Positions 53,015-62,529 of a stretch of 64,000 nucleotides of DNA are shown here, one piece after another. Position 1 is the first letter of the stretch; each line of letters opens with the position of its first letter. The DNA is from Flavobacteriales bacterium (GTDB lineage: Bacteria > Bacteroidota > Bacteroidia > Flavobacteriales_D > Sanyastnellaceae). Position numbers and translations under genes: made by a program. The stretch covers positions 945 through 64,944 of the forward strand of contig JBELLK010000007.1 of the NCBI GenBank assembly GCA_042088625.1. Direction: 5' to 3'. Below the pieces are notes generated by a model, which was given only the letters and a program-made list of their open reading frames with translations, did not search any database and was not told the origin of the DNA.

Positions 53015-55657
53015 ATGCGCCCTTCTTCAATCTCTCTTTTGACCTTCATCGGCTTGCTTCTCGGCGGTTCTGATGGTTTTGCATCGGTCCCCGAGATGAC
53101 TTCCGATTCCACCATGCTTCGAATGAGCACCCAAGAGTTGTTTGTCGAAGGCAGCATCTTGATGGAAGAGGGGTTTTGGCATGAGGCTGAGCGTGTTTGG
53201 TCTGTGGCGACTGAACGCAGCCCTAAGAACAGGGTCTACAAATACAAACATGGGTTGTGTCACTTGGAAATCGCTGAAGATTGGCAAGCGGCTTCTGATG
53301 CATTGGGAAAGGCCGTGGCTGGCCCTCTGACAGCGAAGTACGACCCATTCAACCAGCGTCAAAGCTCGCCGCCATTCGAGGCGCTGTTGCACTTGGCGGA
53401 AGCCAAACGCCGTCTGGGTGAATTCCGCGATGCCCGAACGCACATCACTGAATTCAACCGAAAGGCAGGACGCAAACACAACTACGCGGAGCTTGCTCAG
53501 CGCATGCTTGCCGACCTGGATTTCGCAGAAGCCCAGCTCGCCAACCCCTCAATGACGGAGATCGAACCGCTGAACGTCAACGCGTCCTCGGACGAGTCCC
53601 GTCCCATGCTCACAGTGGATGGCAGGACGTTGTTCTTTTCCTCCAACCGCTCGCGTTCCAATGGCTCAAATCATGGAAGGCGCGATCCCAACACCTTGGC
53701 GCACTACGACGATGTCTACCGCTCGCACCTCTTGCCCGACAGCACTTGGAGTGAGCCGGAACTCCTCAATTTGGGCGCAAGCTATCACGCCGTGGTCGTG
53801 GGTGTCGACGCGTTTGGGGAGAGTGTGATCATCCAAGACCATGACGGTTGGACGTACGAGCTTAAAGTCTCATCGCAGTGGGAGCGAGGTTGGACGGCTT
53901 CGGTTCCCTTCATCTTGGGCAAGAACCAGCCCACGCAAGGTGAAGTGGCATTTTTTCCAAGTCAAGACCGAATCATTGTGTCCCTCCAATCTCTGAGGGG
54001 AGAAGGGGGATTTGATCTTTACGAGTGCGAGCTTGACGACCGCGGTCGTTGGGGAAAGCCCGTCTCCCTCGGCGAGGAAATCAACACCTTAGGGCATGAA
54101 ATCAGTCCTTATGTGGCGGCAGACGGAAAGACGCTGTTTTTCGCGTCAAATGGCTTGCCGTCCGTTGGTGGTTACGACATCCACCGCGCCGTGCGCAATG
54201 AAGATGGTTCCTGGAGCGCACCGACACCGATGGGTGTGCCGGTCAACAGCGTTGAGGATGAAATGAGTTTTGTGATGGGCGCCAAGGGTGAACTCGGGTA
54301 CTTTTCAAGCCGCCGTGGGGTGGGATCCCGAGATTTGAATCTGTATGAGGCGCGAATGAACCAACCTTCACCGATTGAGGACAACGTTTTGGTCATGAGC
54401 GTCGATGCTTCCGAGGAGGATTTTGTCGCAGCGACCTTGATGCTGAGAGACCTCAATACAGGCGAAGTGGTGCAGGTCATCGACAAATGCGCGCAATCCA
54501 GTTTGTACAAGTTCATTGTGCCAGCTGGAGGTGACTATGTCTTGGAACGGACGGCCATTGCAGAAGGCAAGGACGGCGATGACGTGTTGCCTTCGGTGCG
54601 ACGACGCATCAGCATTCCCGCAGATGCCGAACCCGAGATTGTGGATGTGGCTTTTGCCGAATTGTTCGCACCGAACTTGGAAGGATTGGATTCTGAAGCG
54701 ATTGCGGGCATTGATTTGCCTCCATTCACAGGCGCTCAGTTGGCGGTCGAGGCTGAGTTTGAATTGAATGCCACGGAGGATTTGAGCGTTGAAGATCCGT
54801 TGTCACCAGAGGAAGACCATGCCAGCCTCGGAGAGGTGCAAGAGGCTGATGTTGAAACAACGGAGTGGACCTCTGACATCATGGAATTGTCTGAGATGAC
54901 CGGATCTTGGTCCGCCATTCAAATTGGCACTTTCTCAAACCAGCCGAACGACTCATGGTTGTTGAAAGCGGGCAACCGCTTCGTTGTGGAGCGTCTTGGA
55001 AATGGAATGACCCGTTGGTATGCCGGAGTGAGTCGAGATGCGTCCGAAACGTTGGCGGCACACAACAATTTGATGTCAACCGAAGGGTTTGCAAACGCCG
55101 TGCTCGTGCGTCTGGAAAACGGACGACGTGTTGTTCAAGAAGACGATGGCAATGAAGAAGTCCCTTCCTTGGTCATCAGGGATGGCGAAGGACTTGATGG
55201 CGTTGCTGTGATTGAACTCTCACCAACTACCGGAACCAACATGTCGTCTCCCATTTGTCCTCTGGATTTGGACGATGAGGTGACAGGAGAAATGCTGATG
55301 GCCATTCAATTTTACAGCAACCAAGTCCACACAAGCCGAATGAGCATAGAACCTGTGGTGTCGAGGGTGTTGGAATTGTCCAAGGATGGCAAACCTCATC
55401 TCAGGATTGAGGGCAGCGCGTCGTCGTTGTCGACGTCAAGGGATCGTGGCAACGAGGGGTTGGCTTCTGATCGCGCCGAAAACGTGCGTTACCGATTGGC
55501 CCAACGTCTTGCATTTGAAGGGTTGTCCGAGGGCCTTGATTACAGCGTAGAAATGGTCAAACGCGTGCAACCAGAGAGCGGTGGCCTTGAGATGAATGCG
55601 GCAGGAGGCAATCCGGCACGCCATCAGTACGTGCGAGTGGATGTCGAATTGCGCTAA
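53015..55657 (+). CDS. Envelope protein: TPR-like + TolB/PD40 repeats + CarboxypepD_reg-like + acidic/SPOR-like insert + degenerate OmpA-like C-terminus
   Basis: Start at ATG 53015 (MRPSSISLLTFIGLLLGG). PD40-type repeats (RPMLTVDGRTLFFSSNR, ISPYVAADGKTLFFASNG). C-terminal GSASSLSTSRDRGNEGLASDRAENV resembles the OmpA N-x2-LS-x2-RA motif. Confidence 0.7.
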   Translation: MRPSSISLLTFIGLLLGGSDGFASVPEMTSDSTMLRMSTQELFVEGSILMEEGFWHEAERVWSVATERSPKNRVYKYKHGLCHLEIAEDWQAASDALGKAVAGPLTAKYDPFNQRQSSPPFEALLHLAEAKRRLGEFRDARTHITEFNRKAGRKHNYAELAQRMLADLDFAEAQLANPSMTEIEPLNVNASSDESRPMLTVDGRTLFFSSNRSRSNGSNHGRRDPNTLAHYDDVYRSHLLPDSTWSEPELLNLGASYHAVVVGVDAFGESVIIQDHDGWTYELKVSSQWERGWTASVPFILGKNQPTQGEVAFFPSQDRIIVSLQSLRGEGGFDLYECELDDRGRWGKPVSLGEEINTLGHEISPYVAADGKTLFFASNGLPSVGGYDIHRAVRNEDGSWSAPTPMGVPVNSVEDEMSFVMGAKGELGYFSSRRGVGSRDLNLYEARMNQPSPIEDNVLVMSVDASEEDFVAATLMLRDLNTGEVVQVIDKCAQSSLYKFIVPAGGDYVLERTAIAEGKDGDDVLPSVRRRISIPADAEPEIVDVAFAELFAPNLEGLDSEAIAGIDLPPFTGAQLAVEAEFELNATEDLSVEDPLSPEEDHASLGEVQEADVETTEWTSDIMELSEMTGSWSAIQIGTFSNQPNDSWLLKAGNRFVVERLGNGMTRWYAGVSRDASETLAAHNNLMSTEGFANAVLVRLENGRRVVQEDDGNEEVPSLVIRDGEGLDGVAVIELSPTTGTNMSSPICPLDLDDEVTGEMLMAIQFYSNQVHTSRMSIEPVVSRVLELSKDGKPHLRIEGSASSLSTSRDRGNEGLASDRAENVRYRLAQRLAFEGLSEGLDYSVEMVKRVQPESGGLEMNAAGGNPARHQYVRVDVELR

Positions 55658-55669
55658 CAACGGAAGAAC

Positions 55670-56509
55670 ATGACTGAACAAGTGGCTGGGCTGCAATTGA
55701 AGCGGCCGTTGGTGTTTTTTGATTTGGAGACCACGGGGACCAAGGTGGGGGTGGACCGCATTGTGGAAATGGCCATGGTGAAATTGATGCCCGACGGAAC
55801 GGTCATCAAAAAGCCGGAGGCGCCAGGTCGTGAGCATCGCATCTTGGTCAATCCAGAGATGCCCATCCCTGTGGAATCGAGCTTGATTCACGGGGTGTAC
55901 GATGAAGACGTCAAAGACGCCCCCACGTTTGATCGAATCGCGCCAGGGCTCCTGAAGTGGTTGCACGGGTGTGACTTGGGCGGATTCAACAGCAACCGAT
56001 TTGATGTGCCCATGCTTGCCGAGGAGTTTCTTCGGGTGGGCATTGACTTTGGGCTGGAGGGTCGTCATCTGATTGACGTCCAGAATGTCTTCCACCGGAT
56101 GGAACAACGTACCCTTCGCGCCGCATACAAGTTTTACTGCGACAAGGATTTGGAAGGTGCCCATGAAGCGTTGCCAGACACGCTGGCGACCGTGGATGTT
56201 TTTTTGGCCCAACTTGAAAGGTACAAGGACAAAACGGTGTTGGACAGCCGTGGGGAGACGGTGGGGCCTGTTCCGTCTGACATGGAGGAACTGGCCGCGT
56301 TTTGCCGAATGCGCAACAACGCGGACTTGATGGGACGCTTGGTGTACGACGACGATGGTGAGGTGCTGTTTCAGTTTGGCAAGCACACGGGCAAAAAGGT
56401 GCGCGAGGTGTTGCAAAAGGACCCAGGTTACTTTGGATGGATGATGCAGGGTGACTTCCCGCGATACACCAAGCGCATCCTGCAAAAGGTGAAAGACGGC
56501 GAAATTTGA
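55670..56509 (+). CDS. DEDD-family 3'-5' exonuclease (DnaQ/epsilon-like) with C-terminal extension
   Basis: 279 aa. ExoI motif (VFFDLETTG), ExoII (GFNSNRFDVPML), ExoIII region (HEALPDTLAT). Confidence 0.8.
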   Translation: MTEQVAGLQLKRPLVFFDLETTGTKVGVDRIVEMAMVKLMPDGTVIKKPEAPGREHRILVNPEMPIPVESSLIHGVYDEDVKDAPTFDRIAPGLLKWLHGCDLGGFNSNRFDVPMLAEEFLRVGIDFGLEGRHLIDVQNVFHRMEQRTLRAAYKFYCDKDLEGAHEALPDTLATVDVFLAQLERYKDKTVLDSRGETVGPVPSDMEELAAFCRMRNNADLMGRLVYDDDGEVLFQFGKHTGKKVREVLQKDPGYFGWMMQGDFPRYTKRILQKVKDGEI

Positions 56510-57657
56510 ATTCAAACAGGACCATTGCGGTTTGGGTTTCGAATGACCTGACGTTCGATCAGCGCGTCAAAAAGACGTGCGAAACGTTGGAGTCTCTGGG
56601 ATGGACGCCTTTGCTTGTAGGGCGAGAGATGACCGATTCCAAACCATGGAAAGGCCCATGGCAAGCGGACAGGTTGCGTCTCAAGGCGGATCGTGGGCCT
56701 TTGTTCTATGCGTCGCTGCAGTGGGAACTTTTTACGTGGTTGAAAAGGAATGAGGGCAAGGTTGACGCCATTTGGTGCAACGACCTCGACACGCTGGCGC
56801 CTGCGCTATGGCATGGAAAGTTTCCCGTGGTGTACGACAGTCATGAGTACTTCACAGAAGCTGCAGGATTGACGGGACGCCCAATGCGCAGGGCCGTTTG
56901 GTTGGCCCTTGAGCGGTGGGCCATGCGCCAATTGACTTGCATGATCACCGTCAATGCAAGCATCGCGTCGGCGTATCGCACCAAATACGGCCTTGACGTG
57001 GCTGTGGTTCGGAACATGCCGCGAAGGCAGACCCCGATGGCCGTGGAAGGACGGGATGCATTCTCAGAGTACGGCGTCCCGACAGATCTGCCGATTGCTT
57101 TGATGCAAGGGGCGTACATGGACCGAGACCGAGGTGCAGCCCAGGCTGTGGCGGCGTTGCCCGAGATGAAAGGAGTCAGGTTGGTGTTGGTTGGAGCTGG
57201 GGTGGAATGGGACGAGGCCAAGGCCAGGGTAGATGCGCCGGAAATGGAAGGGCGTTTGCACTGCATCCCCAAATTGCCGTTTGATCAGTTGAGGCGACTT
57301 ACAGCTTCAGCAGATGTGGGCCTCAGTCTCGATCAAGCAGGTCATGGCAATTATGAAATGAGCTTGCCCAACAAGCTGTTTGACTTCATGCACGCAGGCC
57401 TCCCCATGGTGGTGACCGCACGCAAGGAAGTGGCAGCCATCGTGCGTGAACATGCATTGGGAGAGGTCATTGAGGAGGCATCTCCCGTTGCAGTCAAGCG
57501 AGCCGTGGTCAGGGTTTTGTCGAGGCCAAAATCTGATTGGCAGACAGCGTTAAGTGCGGCGAGTGAACAGTTTCATTGGGGGGTTGACGAGCCTCACATC
57601 GAGAAGACCCTCGAACAAAGCTTGAAGGCCCACTTGGCAGGCAGCCAAATCAAGTGA
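56506..57657 (+). CDS. GT4/GT-B-fold glycosyltransferase
   Basis: 383 aa with a two-Rossmann layout and a C-terminal E-x7-E-like region (NKLFDFMHAGLPMVV). Confidence 0.72.
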   Translation: MNSNRTIAVWVSNDLTFDQRVKKTCETLESLGWTPLLVGREMTDSKPWKGPWQADRLRLKADRGPLFYASLQWELFTWLKRNEGKVDAIWCNDLDTLAPALWHGKFPVVYDSHEYFTEAAGLTGRPMRRAVWLALERWAMRQLTCMITVNASIASAYRTKYGLDVAVVRNMPRRQTPMAVEGRDAFSEYGVPTDLPIALMQGAYMDRDRGAAQAVAALPEMKGVRLVLVGAGVEWDEAKARVDAPEMEGRLHCIPKLPFDQLRRLTASADVGLSLDQAGHGNYEMSLPNKLFDFMHAGLPMVVTARKEVAAIVREHALGEVIEEASPVAVKRAVVRVLSRPKSDWQTALSAASEQFHWGVDEPHIEKTLEQSLKAHLAGSQIK

Positions 57658-58361
57658 GCACACCACACGGCAAAGGGCACGCGCCCCTTTTTCATGCGCC
57701 ACTCTTCGAGGTAAAGGGCGGGAGTGAAAGTCCTCGATAGCCCTCCGCTTGAAACCTCGGCGACCGTCAAATCAGGGTGGCACTGGATGGTTTGGCCGGA
57801 CCTCAAACGGTCGAGGCACCAAGCGTAATCACCAAGCACGCGATAGGCGGTGGGAAATGGATGCGTCTTCAGCCAAGTGCTTGGAACGAAGAGGCCTTGG
57901 TGGTGCATGGTGTTGCGCCAATGCATGACGTTTCCCCATCGAGGAATCCAGTGGCGGGGGACGCCGGGTTCGGCTAGATCATCTGAGCCTACTGAGAAGG
58001 CATGTCCCTCGTCGCTTGAGGCGCGTGAAAGGAGGTCCAAAGCGCGCTTGAAGTCCTGTTCCAATGGAACGTCTCCCGCACCGAGCACCCAAACCCAAGG
58101 GGCGGAAACGTTGCGCACACCCCGGTTCATGGCGTCGTAGACCCCGCCGTCTTGTTGCGAGTCCACGTGGGTCACGACGGCCGCGAACGAGTTGAGGACG
58201 GATAGCGTGTCGTCATCCGAGGCCCCGTCGGCGATGATCCATTCGATTTGGTCCAAAACAGAGGTGTCAAGCGCCTGGAATCGCGACAGGCTGCGGCTCA
58301 ACGCTTCAGCGTCGTTCCACACGGGCATGACCACGGCAACCTTCGGAGTCCCTCGATTCAT
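57594..58361 (-). CDS. GT2-family glycosyltransferase
   Basis: 255 aa with VAVVMPVWNDAEALSRSL...IIADGASDDDT...YDAMNRG. Confidence 0.75.
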   Translation of the reverse strand: MNRGTPKVAVVMPVWNDAEALSRSLSRFQALDTSVLDQIEWIIADGASDDDTLSVLNSFAAVVTHVDSQQDGGVYDAMNRGVRNVSAPWVWVLGAGDVPLEQDFKRALDLLSRASSDEGHAFSVGSDDLAEPGVPRHWIPRWGNVMHWRNTMHHQGLFVPSTWLKTHPFPTAYRVLGDYAWCLDRLRSGQTIQCHPDLTVAEVSSGGLSRTFTPALYLEEWRMKKGRVPFAVWCAHLIWLPAKWAFKLCSRVFSM

Positions 58362-59047
58362 GCGCGCACGGAAGCCTCATCGTGAAGGGCACCATCTTGG
58401 CACCGCCACACGCGTCCGGGACGACGTTCCATGGAGGCCCAATCGTGTGTGGCCATCACCAAGGACCGACCTTGACTCGGCAGCGCATGCATGAGCTCAA
58501 GGATCTCTTCTGTGGTTTCGGGATCCAAGTTCCCAGTGGGTTCGTCCGCAAGCAACAAGGGTGGATCGTTCAACAAGGCGCGAGCAATGGCAACCCGTTG
58601 CTGTTCACCTCCACTGAGTTCAAACGGTTGCTTGTAGGCCTTGTGCGGCAATCCAACCATGGTGAGCACTTCCTCGATGCGGTTTTTTCGGGCAGTTTTG
58701 TCCTTCCAACCTGTTGCGACCAGCGCAAAATCAAGGTTGTCACCCACGCTCCGATCTTCCAACAGCCCAAAATCTTGGAACACCATGCCAAGCTTTCGCC
58801 GCAGCTGATGCACGTTCCGAGGTTTGAGGTGAGACAGGTTGAATCCACAAACGTGGCCTTCTCCCGACGCCATGGGAAGGTCGCCGTAGAGCGTTCGGAG
58901 CAAGCTGGATTTTCCACTGCCCGTCCGTCCAATCAAGTACACGAGTTCACCTTCACGCACATCCGCTTGGATGTCTTGCAAGATGATGTGCGCACCGTGC
59001 CGAATGGACACGCGATCGAGACGAATGAGCGGGGAGTCGGCCATCAA
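58358..59047 (-). CDS. ftsE: Cell-division ABC ATPase FtsE
   Basis: 229 aa with [39 protein letters not shown] and [12 protein letters not shown]. Confidence 0.85.
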   Translation of the reverse strand: MMADSPLIRLDRVSIRHGAHIILQDIQADVREGELVYLIGRTGSGKSSLLRTLYGDLPMASGEGHVCGFNLSHLKPRNVHQLRRKLGMVFQDFGLLEDRSVGDNLDFALVATGWKDKTARKNRIEEVLTMVGLPHKAYKQPFELSGGEQQRVAIARALLNDPPLLLADEPTGNLDPETTEEILELMHALPSQGRSLVMATHDWASMERRPGRVWRCQDGALHDEASVRA

Positions 59048-61149
59048 CGCTGAAGATTGAACGCGTCGTCGGAGAAATCCGGATTGAATGTGGCCTTGGC
59101 CGTGCGTATGGTCATGGTCTGTCCGCCCACATTGGAGGTTCGCATGGCAGGGATTTGGAGCCCGTTGTCACCAAAAGCGATGTATTGGTCCAACACTTCG
59201 AGGACATTCGTGCCGTCGAGCGAGGGGCGTGAACGTTGGACGAGCAAGCCATCTGCTTGACGGAACCAGTACGTCTCCACAATGTCGCCCTTGCGGAATT
59301 CGACCACCGTGGCGGCCTGACCATTGACATCTTCGACGCCAAGCACGCTGCCTTCAAAACCAGCCTTGTCCATGCCGAGCAGCCTCGTGGGGGACAGGTA
59401 ATCGAGCATGCGTTCAACGCTTGCTGCAGCCATGTCCGAAGTGCTGCCCATTTGGATTTCCTGACCGCCGTCGGGTCCCACCGCTCTAACCATGACAGGC
59501 GAACCAGCCATGGTCAATTCCGTCCGCATGGCGGGTTCCTTTTTCGAGAATCGCTTGTCTTCGCGATGTTGCAAGGACATCCCTGCGCCAAATTCCACAG
59601 ATCCTTCCAACGTCAGGCCAGTGAGCTTGCCCCAAGCTTTCGCGCCTCCGATGGCTTTGAAATGAGCTGCCACCACACCTTCGACTGTGGTTCCTTTGGG
59701 GGCCTCACTGCGTGGAATGCGAATCTGCCCAAACGCATCGTATTGATCGATGCCTCCGCTCGAATCAAAGGGCTTCAGCAAATCCAGAATGGCGGGTGAA
59801 CCAACCACACAAATGTTGAGGTTGTTGGGCTTGATCATGTTCTTAGCCACCCGTTGGATGTCTTCCACGGTGACGGCGTCGATGCGTTGCAAGTAGGTTT
59901 GGTAGTAATCCTCTGGCAAGGCGTACCGTTGGATGTTCAAGGCAAATCGAGCCACAGTGCCCTCATTCTCTAAGGAGCGCGCAAAACTTCCAGACAAGAA
60001 GGCCTTCGCCGTGGCAAGTTCGTCCTCGGTGACCTGCTCGTCCCGAATGCGGTTGATTTCAGCCATGAATTCGACGAGTGCGCTGTCGGTGACTTCGGTG
60101 CGTACATCAGCGTAAGCGATGAATTCTGCCGTCACGGGATCGGCACTCAAGGCACACCGTGCGCCGTAGGTGAATGCTTTGTCCTCACGAAGATTCTGCA
60201 TCAGGCGCCCGCTGAACGCGCCACCACCTAAGATGGAGTTCATCAACTGAATCGCTGCCGCATCAGGGTGCCCCGGAGGGAAGGGGACGGGTTGCGTGAT
60301 GTTGATGGTGCTTTGGACAGCACCTTCAATGCCTGCAAAACGAACTTGGTTGCCCATGGGAAATTTGGCCGGAGTCACACGTGTGAACGGAATGTCATCT
60401 CGCTTCCACTTGCCAAAATGGGTGTTGGCTTTGGCATACGCATCGTCAGGTGTGATGTCCCCAACCACGATCAGGTAGGCTGCGTTGGGACGGAAGTAGG
60501 TGTCGTGGTAAGACACCAGATCTTCCCTCGCAATCGCCTCCAAAGAGGCTTCGGTCATGACTTCACCGTAGGGGTGCATTGGGCCAAAGTTGGTCGTGGC
60601 CACCAGGTTGCTGGCAATGTCACCAGGCGAGGTGGGGGTGTTTGCCAATCCCGACCCCACTTGTTTTTTGACCTTGTCCAATTCCTCTTGCGGGAAGGTG
60701 GGGTTGAGGATGACATCGGCCACAATGCGCAACAAATCGCTGGTGTTCTTGCTCAATGAGCTCGCAAAGAACCCTTTGGCATTCGCACGAAAAGATGCAC
60801 CGAGGAAGTCAACTTCTTCCGCGATTTGGGCTTTGGATTTCGACGCTGTGCCTGCAGCCATCATGCTGCTGACCACCTCTTGAAGACCAGCTTTTTCGCC
60901 CTCCAGGAACGGAGGAAACTCAAGGGTCATGCTCCACGTGACGGCAGGCATGCGGTGGTTTTCAACGACGATGACCTGCAAGCCGTTGTCGAGCTTGAGT
61001 TTGGTGGGTGTGCCAATCTTCAACTCAGGAGCTGGACCTGCTTTAGGAGCTTTGCTTCGGTCAATTTGGCCCCAAGTCAGTGTGCTCAAGGTGCAAACCA
61101 GTGCAAAGAGGCCAGCGCGACGAAGGATGTTGGTGCAATTCAGAATCAT
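59044..61149 (-). CDS. M16-family peptidase homologue without the HxxEH motif (non-catalytic partner), with extra C-terminal domain
   Basis: 701 aa with a signal peptide and an insulinase-like fold pattern. No HxxEH found by eye. Forms an ATGA junction with the upstream M16 gene. Confidence 0.8.
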   Translation of the reverse strand: MILNCTNILRRAGLFALVCTLSTLTWGQIDRSKAPKAGPAPELKIGTPTKLKLDNGLQVIVVENHRMPAVTWSMTLEFPPFLEGEKAGLQEVVSSMMAAGTASKSKAQIAEEVDFLGASFRANAKGFFASSLSKNTSDLLRIVADVILNPTFPQEELDKVKKQVGSGLANTPTSPGDIASNLVATTNFGPMHPYGEVMTEASLEAIAREDLVSYHDTYFRPNAAYLIVVGDITPDDAYAKANTHFGKWKRDDIPFTRVTPAKFPMGNQVRFAGIEGAVQSTINITQPVPFPPGHPDAAAIQLMNSILGGGAFSGRLMQNLREDKAFTYGARCALSADPVTAEFIAYADVRTEVTDSALVEFMAEINRIRDEQVTEDELATAKAFLSGSFARSLENEGTVARFALNIQRYALPEDYYQTYLQRIDAVTVEDIQRVAKNMIKPNNLNICVVGSPAILDLLKPFDSSGGIDQYDAFGQIRIPRSEAPKGTTVEGVVAAHFKAIGGAKAWGKLTGLTLEGSVEFGAGMSLQHREDKRFSKKEPAMRTELTMAGSPVMVRAVGPDGGQEIQMGSTSDMAAASVERMLDYLSPTRLLGMDKAGFEGSVLGVEDVNGQAATVVEFRKGDIVETYWFRQADGLLVQRSRPSLDGTNVLEVLDQYIAFGDNGLQIPAMRTSNVGGQTMTIRTAKATFNPDFSDDAFNLQR

Positions 61150-62480
61150 GGCTGAGAGTTGGGGTCGTGCAAGAAGTAAAGGGTCACGCGCTGCTCAGGC
61201 ACGTAGTATTTCTGGGCGGCTGTGCGGATGTCTTCCGGCGTGATGGCCAGGTAGCGCTCGATTTCCGTGTTGATGAGGTTGGCGTCGCCAAAGTACGTGT
61301 GGTAGTTGGCAAGGCTCTCGGCAATGCCGGCCATGCTCTGGTTGCCGGTCACGAAGCTGTACTCGATTTGATTTTTCAGCTTCTGGAGTTCTCGATCCGA
61401 GATGAGTTCGCGCTTCAAGCGATCCACCTCGTCGTTCATCGCAGCTTCCACCTGACTCGGGTCCACGCCCATGTTGCACATGGCAAATCCGAGCGTCACT
61501 CCAGGATCTTCAAGCCCAAAGCTGAACGCCCCGCAAAACAACGCGAGCTGATCGTTTTCCACAACGCGCTGGTTCAGGCGGGCGCTCTCGCCGCCGCTCA
61601 GGACTTGGTTGAGCATGTCGACGGCATAGTAGTCGGGCGTGCCTTGCGCCGGGATGGGGTAGGCCTGCACCACGAGCGGGAGGCGGTCCTTGCCGTAGAT
61701 GGTGTCGCGGACCTCTGCGGTGCGTGCGGGTTCGACCACTGTAGGCCGGGGGATCTCGCGGCCCCCTCGTGGAATGTCCTGAAAGTACTTCTCGATGAGG
61801 GCGCGCGTCTGCGTCACGTCGAGGTCGCCGGCAATGCTGAGTGTGGCGTTCTCGGGCACGTAAAACGTGTCGTAGAAGTCCATGAAGTCTGCGTGGTCGG
61901 CTGCATCGAGGTGCTCCATGGATCCAATCGGCGTCCATTGGTAGGGATGCTCGGTGTAGGCCATCGCCATCGTTGTGGGGAGGAGTTGGCCGTAGGGCTG
62001 GTTGTCGTAGCGCTGGCGCTTTTCCTCTTTCACCACTTCATTTTGGGTGTCGATGCCGATTTGCTCAATCTTGGCGTGAAGCATGCGCTCTGATTCCAGC
62101 CAAAGTCCGAGTTCGAGTTGGTTGCTCGGCAGGAGTTCGTAGTAAAACGTACGGTCCTGCGTCGTGTTGGCGTTCAGGATGCCGCCGGCATTTTCCACGT
62201 AGGAATCGAACTCTCCACGGTCGATGTTTTCCGACCCTTCAAACAAGAGGTGCTCGAAGAAGTGGGCCATGCCTGTGCGGTCGGTGCGCTCATTCTTTGA
62301 GCCGACGTGGTACAAAACGGTGACTGCGACGAGTGGAGTGGAGTGGTCCTCATGGAGGATGACGTGGAGGCCGTTGTCCAAATCGAACTCAGTGAACTCG
62401 ATTTGGCGAGCCTCGGTTTGTCCCAAGGCAGCGGACGAGGCCAAGGCTGCGCAAAGGAACAAGGGGGAGGTGAATCGCAT
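61146..62480 (-). CDS. M16-family zinc peptidase (pitrilysin-like, catalytic subunit)
   Basis: Start at ATG 62480 (MRFTSPLFLCAALASSAALGQ). Zinc motif GMAHFFEHLLFEG (HxxEH). Confidence 0.88.
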   Translation of the reverse strand: MRFTSPLFLCAALASSAALGQTEARQIEFTEFDLDNGLHVILHEDHSTPLVAVTVLYHVGSKNERTDRTGMAHFFEHLLFEGSENIDRGEFDSYVENAGGILNANTTQDRTFYYELLPSNQLELGLWLESERMLHAKIEQIGIDTQNEVVKEEKRQRYDNQPYGQLLPTTMAMAYTEHPYQWTPIGSMEHLDAADHADFMDFYDTFYVPENATLSIAGDLDVTQTRALIEKYFQDIPRGGREIPRPTVVEPARTAEVRDTIYGKDRLPLVVQAYPIPAQGTPDYYAVDMLNQVLSGGESARLNQRVVENDQLALFCGAFSFGLEDPGVTLGFAMCNMGVDPSQVEAAMNDEVDRLKRELISDRELQKLKNQIEYSFVTGNQSMAGIAESLANYHTYFGDANLINTEIERYLAITPEDIRTAAQKYYVPEQRVTLYFLHDPNSQP

Positions 62481-62529
62481 GTGGGAAAATTGAGCCTGCA
62501 AGATAGCGACCTCGGGGTATCTTGCCTGC

